The notes: generated by a model from the sequence alone, not told the origin. A DNA stretch of 32,000 nt from Corynebacterium glutamicum ATCC 13032 (GCF_000011325.1 NC_003450.3:2580001-2612000), one strand, 5' to 3'. Numbered from the stretch's first letter, positions 9,566-18,484 are shown. Program-made: numbers and translations.

Positions 9566-10306
9566 ATGCCTAGCGAAACTATGAAACCAGCCGTAGCGTC
9601 AACTCTGGCGGCCACTTCCACGGGACGTCGTCCTGGACGCCCCACCCAACGTATCCTTTCCGTCGAATCCATAGTGGAGCGCACTTTAAACATTGCCGGC
9701 CGCGAAGGATTCGCTGCCGTGACCATGAACCGCCTCGCCCGAGACATGGGTGTCACCCCTCGCGCACTGTATAACCATGTGCTAAATCGTCAAGAAATCA
9801 TTGATCGCGTCTGGGTGCGCATCATCGATGATATCAAGGTGCCCGATCTTGATCCGGACAATTGGCGGCAATCTATTCATACGCTGTGGAGCTCATTGCG
9901 CGACCAATTCCGTGAGACTCCACGTGTTCTTCTGGTCGCGCTGGATGAACAGATCTCTACTCAGGGCACTTCCCCACTGCGAATCGCGGGTGCGGAGGAG
10001 TCCTTGAAGTTCTTGACTGATATCGGGCTGTCCCTCAAGGAAGCAACCATCATCCGGGAGATGATGATGGCTGATGTCTTCAGCTTCACCCTGACTTCTG
10101 ACTACACCTTTGACAATCGTCCAGAGGGCGAAAAGCCGGATGTGTTTGCTCCGGTTCCTAAGCCATGGCTTGATGAGAACCCAGATGTGGAAGCGCCACT
10201 GACCCGTAAAGCAGTCGAAGAGTCCGTCTCAACTTCTGACGAACTCTTCGGCTACATGGTGGAGGCTCGCATTGCTTATATTGAAAAGCTGCTTGCCGCC
10301 AAATAG
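9566..10306 (+). CDS. TetR-family transcriptional regulator
   Basis: 246-aa ORF with an N-terminal TetR helix-turn-helix (FAAVTMNRLARDMGVTPRALYNHV). It is divergent from the SDR gene across a 130-bp AT-rich spacer, the classic regulator/target arrangement. Confidence 0.85.
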   Translation: MPSETMKPAVASTLAATSTGRRPGRPTQRILSVESIVERTLNIAGREGFAAVTMNRLARDMGVTPRALYNHVLNRQEIIDRVWVRIIDDIKVPDLDPDNWRQSIHTLWSSLRDQFRETPRVLLVALDEQISTQGTSPLRIAGAEESLKFLTDIGLSLKEATIIREMMMADVFSFTLTSDYTFDNRPEGEKPDVFAPVPKPWLDENPDVEAPLTRKAVEESVSTSDELFGYMVEARIAYIEKLLAAK

Positions 10307-10309
10307 TTT

Positions 10310-11470
10310 CTAAAGGTTATTGAGGGCCTGCTCGACATCTGCGAGCAGGTCTTCAATGTCTTCAATACCAATGGAGATGCGCACGAGGTCGCGGGGAACC
10401 TCGAGCTGAGAGCCGGCAGCTGACTGGTGGGTCATGGTTGCTGGGTGCTCCAGGAGGGATTCCACGCCACCGAGGGACTCGGCCAGACAGATCAGTTTGG
10501 TGGAGGTACAGAACTTCTTAGCTGCTTCTTCGCCGCCTGCGAAACGGACGGAGATCATGCCGCCGAAGCGCTTCATCTGCTTCGCTGCGACTTCGTGGCC
10601 TGGGTGGTTCTTCAGACCTGGGTAGAGCACGGTGGAGACCTCTGGGCGGGAGTCCAGGAATTCCGCGATCTTTTCTGCGTTGTCGCAGTGGCGATCCATG
10701 CGCACTGCAAGGGTCTTGAGGCCACGGGCGGTCAGGTATGCATCGAAAACTGATGGGATCGGTCCGATGCCGCCCTGCATGAACAGCAGTTCTTCGTCCA
10801 TTTCCTGGTCGTTGGTAACCACAAGGCCGCCAACAACGTCGGAGTGTCCTCCGATGTACTTGGTGGTGGAGTGCAGGACTGCGTGTGCGCCGAGTTTTAG
10901 TGGCTGCTGCAGGTATGGGGATGCGAAGGTGTTGTCAACAACCAGCTTGGCGTTGGTGCCTTCGGTGAGCTTTGCTACTGCTTCGATGTCGGTGATGCCA
11001 AGTGCTGGGTTGGTTGGGGTTTCCACCCAGATCAGCTTGGTGTTGTCCTTGATCGCTGCCTTGACCTCTTCCACGACGGAGGTATCAACAACGGTGTATT
11101 CGACGCCCCATGCGGTGAATACGGTGTCGATCAGGCGGTAGGTTCCGCCGTAAGCATCGTTGCCGAGGACGATGTGATCGCCCGGCTTGAGGATGATGCG
11201 GAACAGGATGTCGGTTGCAGCCATGCCGGAGGAGAATGCGCGGCCATACTTTGCGCCTTCGAGTGCTGCGACGGTCTGCTCTAATGCCACGATGGTGGGG
11301 TTGCCCACACGGGTGTACTCGTAGCCTTTGCGCAGTTCGTTTGGAGCGTTCTGCGCGAAGGTGGTGGAGGCATAGATTGGGGTGTTAATCGAACCGTAGT
11401 AGTCGTCTGGCTCATACCCAGCGTGAATCGATGCAGTGGAGAAACCCTGGGTGTTTGGGTCAAAAGACAA
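10310..11470 (-). CDS. metB: Cystathionine gamma-synthase (PLP-dependent, Cys/Met metabolism family)
   Basis: 386-aa ORF with a TTG start 10 nt after AGGAG. The PLP-lysine motif is HSTTKYIGGHSD. The sequence (MSFDPNTQGFSTASIHAGYEPDD...) matches my recollection of C. glutamicum MetB. Confidence 0.9.
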   Translation of the reverse strand: MSFDPNTQGFSTASIHAGYEPDDYYGSINTPIYASTTFAQNAPNELRKGYEYTRVGNPTIVALEQTVAALEGAKYGRAFSSGMAATDILFRIILKPGDHIVLGNDAYGGTYRLIDTVFTAWGVEYTVVDTSVVEEVKAAIKDNTKLIWVETPTNPALGITDIEAVAKLTEGTNAKLVVDNTFASPYLQQPLKLGAHAVLHSTTKYIGGHSDVVGGLVVTNDQEMDEELLFMQGGIGPIPSVFDAYLTARGLKTLAVRMDRHCDNAEKIAEFLDSRPEVSTVLYPGLKNHPGHEVAAKQMKRFGGMISVRFAGGEEAAKKFCTSTKLICLAESLGGVESLLEHPATMTHQSAAGSQLEVPRDLVRISIGIEDIEDLLADVEQALNNL

Positions 11471-11526
11471 GGTAGATCAACTCCTGTAATCAGAATTCTA
11501 TGGCCCTAAAAGGACCGGTCTTCTGG

Positions 11527-11548
11527 CAATGATAGACCAAGCTGTCCA
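11527..11548 (-). promoter_or_regulatory. Candidate metB promoter with a McbR-type operator (TAGAC-N6-GTCcA) overlapping a TATCAT -10
   Basis: The plus strand at 11533-11548 reads TAGACcaagctGTCCA, one mismatch from the published McbR consensus TAGAC-N6-GTCTA. On the gene strand the half-site GTCTA overlaps TATCAT. The site lies 63-78 nt upstream of the metB TTG. Confidence 0.35.
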
Positions 11549-11571
11549 CTTTTGTGTAAAACTAGCCCCTT

Positions 11572-12357
11572 TTAATGCAGAGCATCGAACGCGAACCACC
11601 GGCTGCGCACAGTTTCCAACGACACCGACATGTCATACAGCGCGCCCAAATTTTCAGGAGTCATCACTTCTGAAACAGTCCCCGAAGCCAGTATGCGGGC
11701 GTCCTTGATCATGAGGATATCTGTCGTGGAGGCGGCGATCTCTTCGACGTGGTGGGTGATCATCACTGTCGTCAGACCAGGAAGAGCGGCTCGCAAACCA
11801 TCAATCACACTGAGCAAAGTTTCACGTCCGGGCAGGTCAAGGCCGGTGGTGGGTTCATCAAGCAGCAGTAGGGTCGGTGAGATAATCAGCGCACGAGCAA
11901 TCAGGGTGCGGGCTTTTTCGCCCTGGCTCATATCGGCCCAGTAACGATCGGCACGCGCTGTCATGCCCACCAACTCCAACATCAAAGCGCACCGCTCCAA
12001 CTCCGAAGCCGAAGCCGACCACCGTGGCAACAACCCGTTGGAGGCGGTTAACCCCGACAGCACAATTTCGTGGGCCGGCAGGTTGGTAAATCTTTGCTTC
12101 GGGTCCACCAGGCCGATTGTTTTCCGCAGCTCACGAGTATCCACCCGACCAAAGCGATGCCCCAGGATGTCCACGGTGCCTTCCGATGGGTACAGCAAGG
12201 TGGCTGCGATCTTCAGCATGGTGGTTTTACCGGCGCCATTTGGACCAAGTACGGCCCAGTGCGACCCTTGCGGAATTGAGAGGGAGATATCGTCGAGAAG
12301 CAATTTCTCGCCGCGCCGCACGGTGACGCCGGCCATGTTGAGTGCTAGTTCGCGCAT
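11572..12357 (-). CDS. ABC transporter ATP-binding protein with no adjacent permease or binding protein
   Basis: Walker A GPNGAGKT, signature MSQGEKAR, Walker B LLLLDEP. I prefer the ATG at 12357 (MRELALNMAGVTV) over the GTG at 12366. Confidence 0.8.
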   Translation of the reverse strand: MRELALNMAGVTVRRGEKLLLDDISLSIPQGSHWAVLGPNGAGKTTMLKIAATLLYPSEGTVDILGHRFGRVDTRELRKTIGLVDPKQRFTNLPAHEIVLSGLTASNGLLPRWSASASELERCALMLELVGMTARADRYWADMSQGEKARTLIARALIISPTLLLLDEPTTGLDLPGRETLLSVIDGLRAALPGLTTVMITHHVEEIAASTTDILMIKDARILASGTVSEVMTPENLGALYDMSVSLETVRSRWFAFDALH

Positions 12358-12389
12358 GGGTAACACCTTACTGGCGTAAGGCCAGGGCT

Positions 12390-12395
12390 TAGACT
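12390..12395 (+). promoter_or_regulatory. Candidate -10 (TAGACT) giving a leaderless glbO transcript
   Basis: TAGACT fits the corynebacterial TANNNT -10. It ends 7 nt before the A of the glbO ATG, and there is no Shine-Dalgarno sequence in between. Confidence 0.3.
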
Positions 12396-12402
12396 GGTAC
12401 CC

Positions 12403-12798
12403 ATGACAACCTCAGAAAATTTTTATGATTCTGTGGGCGGCGAGGAAACGTTTTCCCTCATCGTCCACCGTTTTTATGAACAGGTCCCCAACGACGATAT
12501 TTTAGGCCCGATGTATCCGCCGGATGATTTTGAGGGCGCCGAGCAGCGTCTAAAGATGTTCCTCAGCCAGTACTGGGGCGGCCCGAAGGATTATCAGGAG
12601 CAGCGTGGACACCCTCGTCTGCGCATGCGTCACGTCAATTACCCCATCGGCGTCACCGCAGCGGAGCGTTGGCTGCAGCTCATGTCCAATGCACTCGACG
12701 GCGTGGATTTGACCGCGGAGCAGCGTGAAGCGATTTGGGAGCATATGGTGCGCGCGGCCGATATGCTGATCAATTCCAACCCCGATCCGCACGCTTAA
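12403..12798 (+). CDS. glbO: Group-II truncated haemoglobin
   Basis: 131-aa ORF. The sequence FYDSVGGEETFSLIVHRFYEQV...LKMFLSQYWGGP...RGHPRLRMRH is typical of trHbO. Confidence 0.85.
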   Translation: MTTSENFYDSVGGEETFSLIVHRFYEQVPNDDILGPMYPPDDFEGAEQRLKMFLSQYWGGPKDYQEQRGHPRLRMRHVNYPIGVTAAERWLQLMSNALDGVDLTAEQREAIWEHMVRAADMLINSNPDPHA

Positions 12799-12838
12799 CT
12801 TCTGCCAAAAAGTCGTTTTGACCATAAGCTAAGCGATT

Positions 12839-13969
12839 GTGAATCGAATTGCAGAAATCGCACGCAGTTTCGGCGTGCTGGGCTTCAGCGCTTTCGGCGG
12901 CCCCACCGCGCACCTCGGATATTTCCGCACGGAATTCGTGGAGCGGCGGCGCTGGCTGGATGATCGCCAATATTCCGAGATCGTAGCGCTCAGCCAACTA
13001 CTTCCCGGACCTGGATCGTCGCAGGTCGGTATGATGCTGGGCTACCACCGCGCCGGTTTTTCCGGCATGGCGATCGCCTGGCTCATGTTTACCTGGCCCT
13101 CATTGGCGCTCATGGCGGCGTTCGCCCTGCTTTTTGATGCGACCTCCGCCAGCTGGACGCTCGGCCTGCTCGCCGCAGCGGTCGCCGTCGTCTTCCACGC
13201 AGTCACCGGCATGGCGCGCTCCATGGCCTCCACGCCGCGCGCCGCCACCATCGCGGTCGCCTCCGGCATCGCGGTGCTCGCCCTCCCCAACGCGTTTACA
13301 CACCTCGGCGTCATCATTCTCGCTGGCCTCATCGGTGCCTTCAGCTTCAATTCGCTTATCGACGCCACCCCACCCCCTTCCCCGCTACGCGCCATACCGG
13401 CTTGGGCGGGCATCGGATCACTAGTGGTGTTTTTGGGCGCACTTCTCGGCGCCGTAATCATGGGCGGGTTTTATCCAGCATTCATTCAAGCCGGATCCAC
13501 AGTGTTCGGCGGCGGCCACGTGGTTTTGCCACTGCTGGAAAAGCTCGTTGTTGCGCCCGGTTTTATTAAAGAAACCGACTTCCTATCCGGCTACTCCGCA
13601 GCGCAGGCAGTGCCTGGCCCCATGTTCAGCTTCGCCAGCTACCTCGGCGCAATCTACGGTGGCATCGGTGGTGCAGTGCTGGCCAGCCTGGCGATCTTCT
13701 TCCCCGCCGCACTCTTGAGCATCAGCGGAATGTACTTTTGGGGACGCTGGCGAAAAGCACCGCGCATCCAAGCAGCAGTCACCGGCATCAACGCCGGTGT
13801 GGTGGGGCTTTTGGGCGCAGCGCTCTACGATCCCGTATTCACCCACGGCATCACCAGCGTTTCCGCATTAGCTATCGCAACGGTGTGTTGGCTGGGGCTA
13901 GCCCACTGGAAAATTCCGCCGTGGGCCATCGCCGCGGGTGCGGCCCTTGCAGGCTGGGTCTTGCTTTAG
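12839..13969 (+). CDS. chrA: Chromate ion transporter (CHR family)
   Basis: 376-aa polytopic ORF with a GTG start. The N-terminal CHR motif is GFSAFGGPTAHLGYFRTEFVERRRWL...LLPGPGSSQ, and the second half repeats it (GSTVFGGGHVVLPLL...AQAVPGP). Confidence 0.8.
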   Translation: MNRIAEIARSFGVLGFSAFGGPTAHLGYFRTEFVERRRWLDDRQYSEIVALSQLLPGPGSSQVGMMLGYHRAGFSGMAIAWLMFTWPSLALMAAFALLFDATSASWTLGLLAAAVAVVFHAVTGMARSMASTPRAATIAVASGIAVLALPNAFTHLGVIILAGLIGAFSFNSLIDATPPPSPLRAIPAWAGIGSLVVFLGALLGAVIMGGFYPAFIQAGSTVFGGGHVVLPLLEKLVVAPGFIKETDFLSGYSAAQAVPGPMFSFASYLGAIYGGIGGAVLASLAIFFPAALLSISGMYFWGRWRKAPRIQAAVTGINAGVVGLLGAALYDPVFTHGITSVSALAIATVCWLGLAHWKIPPWAIAAGAALAGWVLL

Positions 13970-14595
13970 AAAACGCTCAGACCCAAACCTGACGAGTGAT
14001 AAACACTGCCATAGGGAGCATCAACGCGGGTCCAACGACCATTCACCGATACCCGCAGGTGCCTCGGCACATCATTGGCTGCCTCAAAACCTGGGATCAA
14101 ACCAAGCGAAGTGCAGGTAAATACCGTGCGCATCGGGATTCCGGCCTTCTTGCCATTGCCTTCTGCTGAAATAACTTCCTGATCCATCAACGAAGCCGGA
14201 GGGCCAAGCGGGCCGGAGAACTGGCGAGCCAATGCCTGACCCTGATCAGCCAAAGTGCGCACCACGTGGGTGGGGAGTTCGTCGACAAGCGTAAAGCCCG
14301 TGGCTGGCGGCAATGAGCCCGGCCAGCTGGCGTCGCGGGAGGTGCCTACGTCTTCCCGGCCCTCGCTGAGTGCCTGCAGCAAATCCTTCGCGCCAACTGC
14401 AGCGCCATCGCGACCCGCCACACCAAATACCCGGCGCGACGCCGTCACGTTGAACGGAGTGGTGACAAAAACATCAACGACCTCTGGCGTGAGCTGGCGG
14501 AAACGCGCGCTCGCCAACTCATCCAAACCAACCGCACGCGCAACAAGCGCCTGCAGGCCAGCCGCACCTGAGGTGATAGAAAGAGTCTCAACCAC
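13966..14595 (-). CDS. Conserved hypothetical protein
   Basis: 209-aa ORF with GC3-rich codon usage like its neighbours. Its GTG start shares one base with the TAG stop of the upstream thioesterase gene (TAGTG), which suggests translational coupling. I recognised no motif. Confidence 0.6.
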   Translation of the reverse strand: MVETLSITSGAAGLQALVARAVGLDELASARFRQLTPEVVDVFVTTPFNVTASRRVFGVAGRDGAAVGAKDLLQALSEGREDVGTSRDASWPGSLPPATGFTLVDELPTHVVRTLADQGQALARQFSGPLGPPASLMDQEVISAEGNGKKAGIPMRTVFTCTSLGLIPGFEAANDVPRHLRVSVNGRWTRVDAPYGSVYHSSGLGLSVF

Positions 14596-15062
14596 TACTT
14601 TTCTAGAGCTTCCTGCGACTGCACCTCATCAGTAGCGACAGCGGTCAGCACCTTGCGCTCCACCTTGCTGATGGAACGGGGCGCAGCAGTCTGCACATTG
14701 ACAGCCACCTGCACGCACTCAACCACGCAGCACACACGACCGTTACGATCCTTGACCTCTTGACGAGTGCTGAAGGAAGTATTACCGATCTTGGTCACCT
14801 GTGTCTCCACGACAGCCTGGGTGGTATCCGGCAAGATCGCACGCAAATAATCAACTTCCAAGTGGCGCACAAACACAGCAGGGATCTCATAGCCACGCTC
14901 ACGGAACTGATCCTCCGCAAACGCCAATCGAGCTTCCTGCGCGATCTCAATGAACGCCGCGTTGTTGACGTGCCCAAAACGATCGAAATCAGCCCAGCGG
15001 AGATCCACCTCCGTCACGTGAAGATTATTTTGGGTGTCGTCGTTGACATTGTTGGCTGCCAT
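14595..15062 (-). CDS. Acyl-CoA thioesterase, hotdog fold (4HBT/YbgC-like)
   Basis: 155-aa ORF. The N-terminal pattern VDLRWADFDRFGHVNNAAF is typical of 4HBT-type thioesterases. Confidence 0.75.
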   Translation of the reverse strand: MAANNVNDDTQNNLHVTEVDLRWADFDRFGHVNNAAFIEIAQEARLAFAEDQFRERGYEIPAVFVRHLEVDYLRAILPDTTQAVVETQVTKIGNTSFSTRQEVKDRNGRVCCVVECVQVAVNVQTAAPRSISKVERKVLTAVATDEVQSQEALEK

Positions 15063-15185
15063 GGGGTTCGCCTAGCCTCTTTCTTTGTAGCTGTTTGCTT
15101 GGCCGTCTCTTTGCTCACATCTTGCAAATCAAGCGTCTCGCAAGCATTCTACCGATCCCACGAAGCTGAGCACATTTAGTGACAA

Positions 15186-15984
15186 TCACCTCAAGGTTCG
15201 GCGCTCCACAAGCATCAGTTCTGCCAGCTCATGCGGCGCAATTTCTTCAGGCCACTCTGGCAGTTCCCGGTGCGGGCTCCACGTGATGATCCAGGATTCT
15301 CGCTCCCGATCGGTGGTGCCGCCGTGCCCGCCCTCATCAAGGTGACCATGATCAGTTGTGATCACTACCAGCCAGTCCTCCCCGAGCTCGTCGGAGCGTC
15401 GTGACACTTCAGAAAGAACCTTCTTCACGTGGGTGTCGACCCTGCGAATCGCATCTCGGTATTCGTCGCCTGCCAGGCCGAAAATATGGCCAGCATCATC
15501 GATTTCACCGAAGTACACAAATCCCGCATCAAACCCCTTCTGCCGGAGCGCAGCTGTAGCGATCGAAGCGATTTCCGCATCGATGCGCTCATATCCCAGG
15601 GTTTCACCATCACGCACGATGACGTTATGAAGCCCAGCGAATTGCTGCTCCATCCGAGGATGAATAATTGGGCCTAAACCATGGGGATCCGCTAATACAG
15701 GCCAACTTGCTGTGGCAATAGTACGCGTGGATTGGTCCTGATAAAAAGCCCTTGCCAGAAAATCCGGGTAGTTCCACAGACGCTTGCCCACCAGGGAATT
15801 ATCTGTCACACCATGCTCATCAATATCCTGTAAGGATTGATGACCACCCCGGACCAGAAAGCGTGGGTGGCTCCATCACCATGATTCGGAACGCACCCTG
15901 TTGTGCCGTTTCCTGCAAAAACTCACCAACACCATCTTCTGCAATGATGTCCCAACGAACTCCATGCAAACCAAGCAGAAGCAT
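15186..15984 (-). pseudogene. Alkaline-phosphatase-superfamily phosphodiesterase/nucleotide pyrophosphatase, frameshifted
   Basis: A 54-codon ORF (15984-15820, MLLLGLHGVRWDII...PTLSGPGWSSILTGY*) carries the N-terminal metal/nucleophile region. The 207-aa track ORF (15809-15186) carries the rest (…FGEIDDAGH…ITTDHGH…GGHGG). Homology continues in the second frame back to DEHGVTDN (15821-15798). The two pieces are therefore one gene broken by a 1-nt frame change near 15818-15826. Confidence 0.7.
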
Positions 15985-15999
15985 CAGTAAAAACTAAAA

Positions 16000-16027
16000 C
16001 CCCTCACAGAACAATCTCTGTGAGGGG
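16000..16027 (-). terminator. Rho-independent terminator of ettA
   Basis: Perfect 11-bp stem CCCCTCACAGA / TCTGTGAGGGG with a 6-nt loop. On the minus strand it is followed by TTTTAGTTTTT. Confidence 0.85.
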
Positions 16028-16045
16028 TTTAGCGCTGCTTCGACT

Positions 16046-17716
16046 CTAGCGAGTCAGCTTGCGGTGAGTGACACGGGAAGGACGTGCGGCGTCAGCACCG
16101 AGGCGCTCCACCTTGTTCTTCTCGTAGTCTTCGAAGTTGCCTTCGAACCAGTACCACTGGCCTTCCGCGATGTTGCCTTCCCACGCGAGGATGTGGGTAC
16201 AGGTGCGGTCCAGGAACCAACGGTCGTGGGAAATGACCACTGCACAGCCAGGGAAGTTCTGGAGTGCATTTTCCAGGGAGCCCAGAGTTTCCACGTCGAG
16301 GTCGTTTGTAGGCTCATCGAGGAGGATCAGGTTTCCGCCCTGCTTCAAGGTCAGCGCGAGGTTGAGGCGGTTGCGCTCACCACCGGAGAGGACCTTGGAT
16401 GGCTTCTGCTGATCTGCGCCCTTGAATCCGAAGGCGGACAGGTATGCGCGGGATGGCATTTCGTTCTGTCCGACAATGATGTAGTCGAGTCCGTCGGAAA
16501 CGGTTTCCCAAACGGTCTTTTCTGGATCAATGTTTTCACGGCCCTGGTCCACGTAGGACAACTGGACGGTGTCGCCGATTTCAACGCTGCCTGCGTCTGG
16601 GTTTTCAAGGCCAACGATGGTCTTGAACAGGGTGGACTTACCCACACCGTTAGGTCCGATCACGCCGACGATGCCGTTACGAGGCAAGGTGAAGGACAGG
16701 TCCTTGATCAGCACGCGGCCATCGAAGCCCTTCTCCAGGTCCTTGACCTCCACGACCTTGTTGCCCAGGCGTGGTGGGGTTGGGATCTGAATTTCTTCGA
16801 AGTCGAGCTTGCGGTACTTCTCAGCTTCCGCAACCATCTCGTCGTAACGCTGCAGACGAGCCTTGTTCTTAGCCTGACGTGCCTTAGCGCCGGAACGAAC
16901 CCATGCGAGTTCGTCCTTCAGGCGCTTCTGCAGCTTCTGATCCTTCTTGCCAGAAACTTCGAGGCGCTCTGCCTTCTTCTCCAGGTAGGTGGAGTAGTTG
17001 CCTTCGTAAGGGTGCAGCTGACCACGGTCAACTTCACAGATCCACTGTGCAACGTGGTCGAGGAAGTAACGGTCGTGTGTGACGGCAAGGACAGCGCCCT
17101 TGTAGTCAGCGAGGTGCTTCTCCAGCCACAGGACGGACTCGGCGTCAAGGTGGTTAGTAGGCTCATCGAGCAGCAGCAGATCTGGCTCTGCAAGCAGAAG
17201 CTTTGCCAGTGCGACGCGGCGACGCTCACCACCGGAGAGGTGGGTAACTGGCTCATCGCTTGGAGGGCAACGCAATGCATCCATTGCCTGGTCGATCTTG
17301 GAGTCGATCTCCCACGCATCAGCTGCGTCGAGAGCCTCCTGCAGAACGCCCATTTCTTCCATGAGCTCGTCGGTGTAGTTGGTTGCCATTTCTTCTGCGA
17401 TGGCGTCGAAGCGCTGCTTCTTTTCGAAGATCTCACCAAGACCTTCTTCGACGTTCTGGCGAACAGTCTTTTCTTCGTTTAGTGGTGGCTCCTGCAACAG
17501 GATGCCCACGGTTGCACCTGGATCCAGGAATGCTTCACCGTTGGAAGGCTGATCCAACCCAGCCATGATCTTCAAGATCGATGACTTACCGGCACCGTTG
17601 GGTCCGACGACACCGATCTTGGCGCCTGGGTAGAAGGACATGTAGACATTGTCCAAGATGACCTTGTCACCGATTGCCTTACGCACGTTCTTCATCGTGT
17701 AGATGAACTCGCCCAA
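16046..17716 (-). CDS. ettA: ABC-F translational throttle ATPase
   Basis: 556-aa ORF with two ABC cassettes (GPNGAGKSS and GPNGVGKST; two LSGGE signatures) and no transmembrane domain. The N-terminus is (M)GEFIYTMKNVRKA. TTG start 5 nt after AAAGGGG. Confidence 0.9.
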   Translation of the reverse strand: MGEFIYTMKNVRKAIGDKVILDNVYMSFYPGAKIGVVGPNGAGKSSILKIMAGLDQPSNGEAFLDPGATVGILLQEPPLNEEKTVRQNVEEGLGEIFEKKQRFDAIAEEMATNYTDELMEEMGVLQEALDAADAWEIDSKIDQAMDALRCPPSDEPVTHLSGGERRRVALAKLLLAEPDLLLLDEPTNHLDAESVLWLEKHLADYKGAVLAVTHDRYFLDHVAQWICEVDRGQLHPYEGNYSTYLEKKAERLEVSGKKDQKLQKRLKDELAWVRSGAKARQAKNKARLQRYDEMVAEAEKYRKLDFEEIQIPTPPRLGNKVVEVKDLEKGFDGRVLIKDLSFTLPRNGIVGVIGPNGVGKSTLFKTIVGLENPDAGSVEIGDTVQLSYVDQGRENIDPEKTVWETVSDGLDYIIVGQNEMPSRAYLSAFGFKGADQQKPSKVLSGGERNRLNLALTLKQGGNLILLDEPTNDLDVETLGSLENALQNFPGCAVVISHDRWFLDRTCTHILAWEGNIAEGQWYWFEGNFEDYEKNKVERLGADAARPSRVTHRKLTR

Positions 17717-17866
17717 TGTAACCCCTTTAAATGCGAATTTGCGTTTAAGTACTCAACGCACAAGATTACATGAGCAGCGCCAATTTAGGGACCTCGGGCA
17801 AGTGGGCCTTACAGCAATCGCAGCGAAGGATCACTCCCCCGCTGCGACCATTTAGATGTTTGGCGA

Positions 17867-18484
17867 TTAAAAAGGCGCTTCCTCGCCTGAATCAGAGCCT
17901 GAACCTGCTCCCACACCAGCCATAGCTAATTCGCGTTTTTCCTCAGGAGTCTCAGGAGCCTCGTCAGCTTCCGAAGCCTCTGTCCCCTCCTCCGAAGCAT
18001 CCGAAGCCGCCACCTGCTTCGCTCCCCGCTTCTGATCTACATCTGGATAGTCTTCCAAGTTTGCATCTGGCATCTCCACGCCCTCGGGGCTGTTGGATGC
18101 GTTGGGCTTACTTTCCTTGAAGCCAACGATGTAGTGGTTCATGTCAATGCCGATGGAGGTTGCTCGCATCCTGATTTCTTGGCGCTTTTCTAGCTTTTTA
18201 ACATTGGGATCAGCGGATTCCACTTCCCATTCATTGGTGTACAGGAAGCCTTGGACGATCACAGAGACGCCTGGTTTGAGGGAAATGTGGGAGTTGACGC
18301 CGAGTTTTCCCCAGGCTTCAACGTTGATGAAGACTTTGTCCACGTTGTGCCATTTTTCGCCCTGCTTGTAGGAGCGGGAGCTGGCCACGCGGATTCTTAG
18401 GACGCCGTCGAGGTTGTCTTTACGGCCAATATATACGGAGTCACTGACGATGCGGCCGGCGATGGTTACTGGTGTGTTGATCAT
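17867..18484 (-). CDS. Single-stranded-DNA-binding protein paralog (OB fold plus acidic tail)
   Basis: I prefer the ATG at 18484 (MINTPVTIAGRIV, AAGGGAAG upstream) to the track start at 18547. The OB-fold region is NVEAWGKLGVNSHISLKPGVSVIVQGFLYTNEWE. The C-terminal third is long, acidic and low-complexity, and ends in EEAPF. Confidence 0.75.
   Translation of the reverse strand: MINTPVTIAGRIVSDSVYIGRKDNLDGVLRIRVASSRSYKQGEKWHNVDKVFINVEAWGKLGVNSHISLKPGVSVIVQGFLYTNEWEVESADPNVKKLEKRQEIRMRATSIGIDMNHYIVGFKESKPNASNSPEGVEMPDANLEDYPDVDQKRGAKQVAASDASEEGTEASEADEAPETPEEKRELAMAGVGAGSGSDSGEEAPF

Noticed and set aside
16064-17482. 472-aa plus-strand ORF
   Set aside because: It lies entirely antisense to ettA, whose ABC-F motifs are unambiguous. 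The translation is a low-complexity V/L/G/E-rich sequence with no motif. This is the typical shadow ORF of GC3-rich coding DNA.
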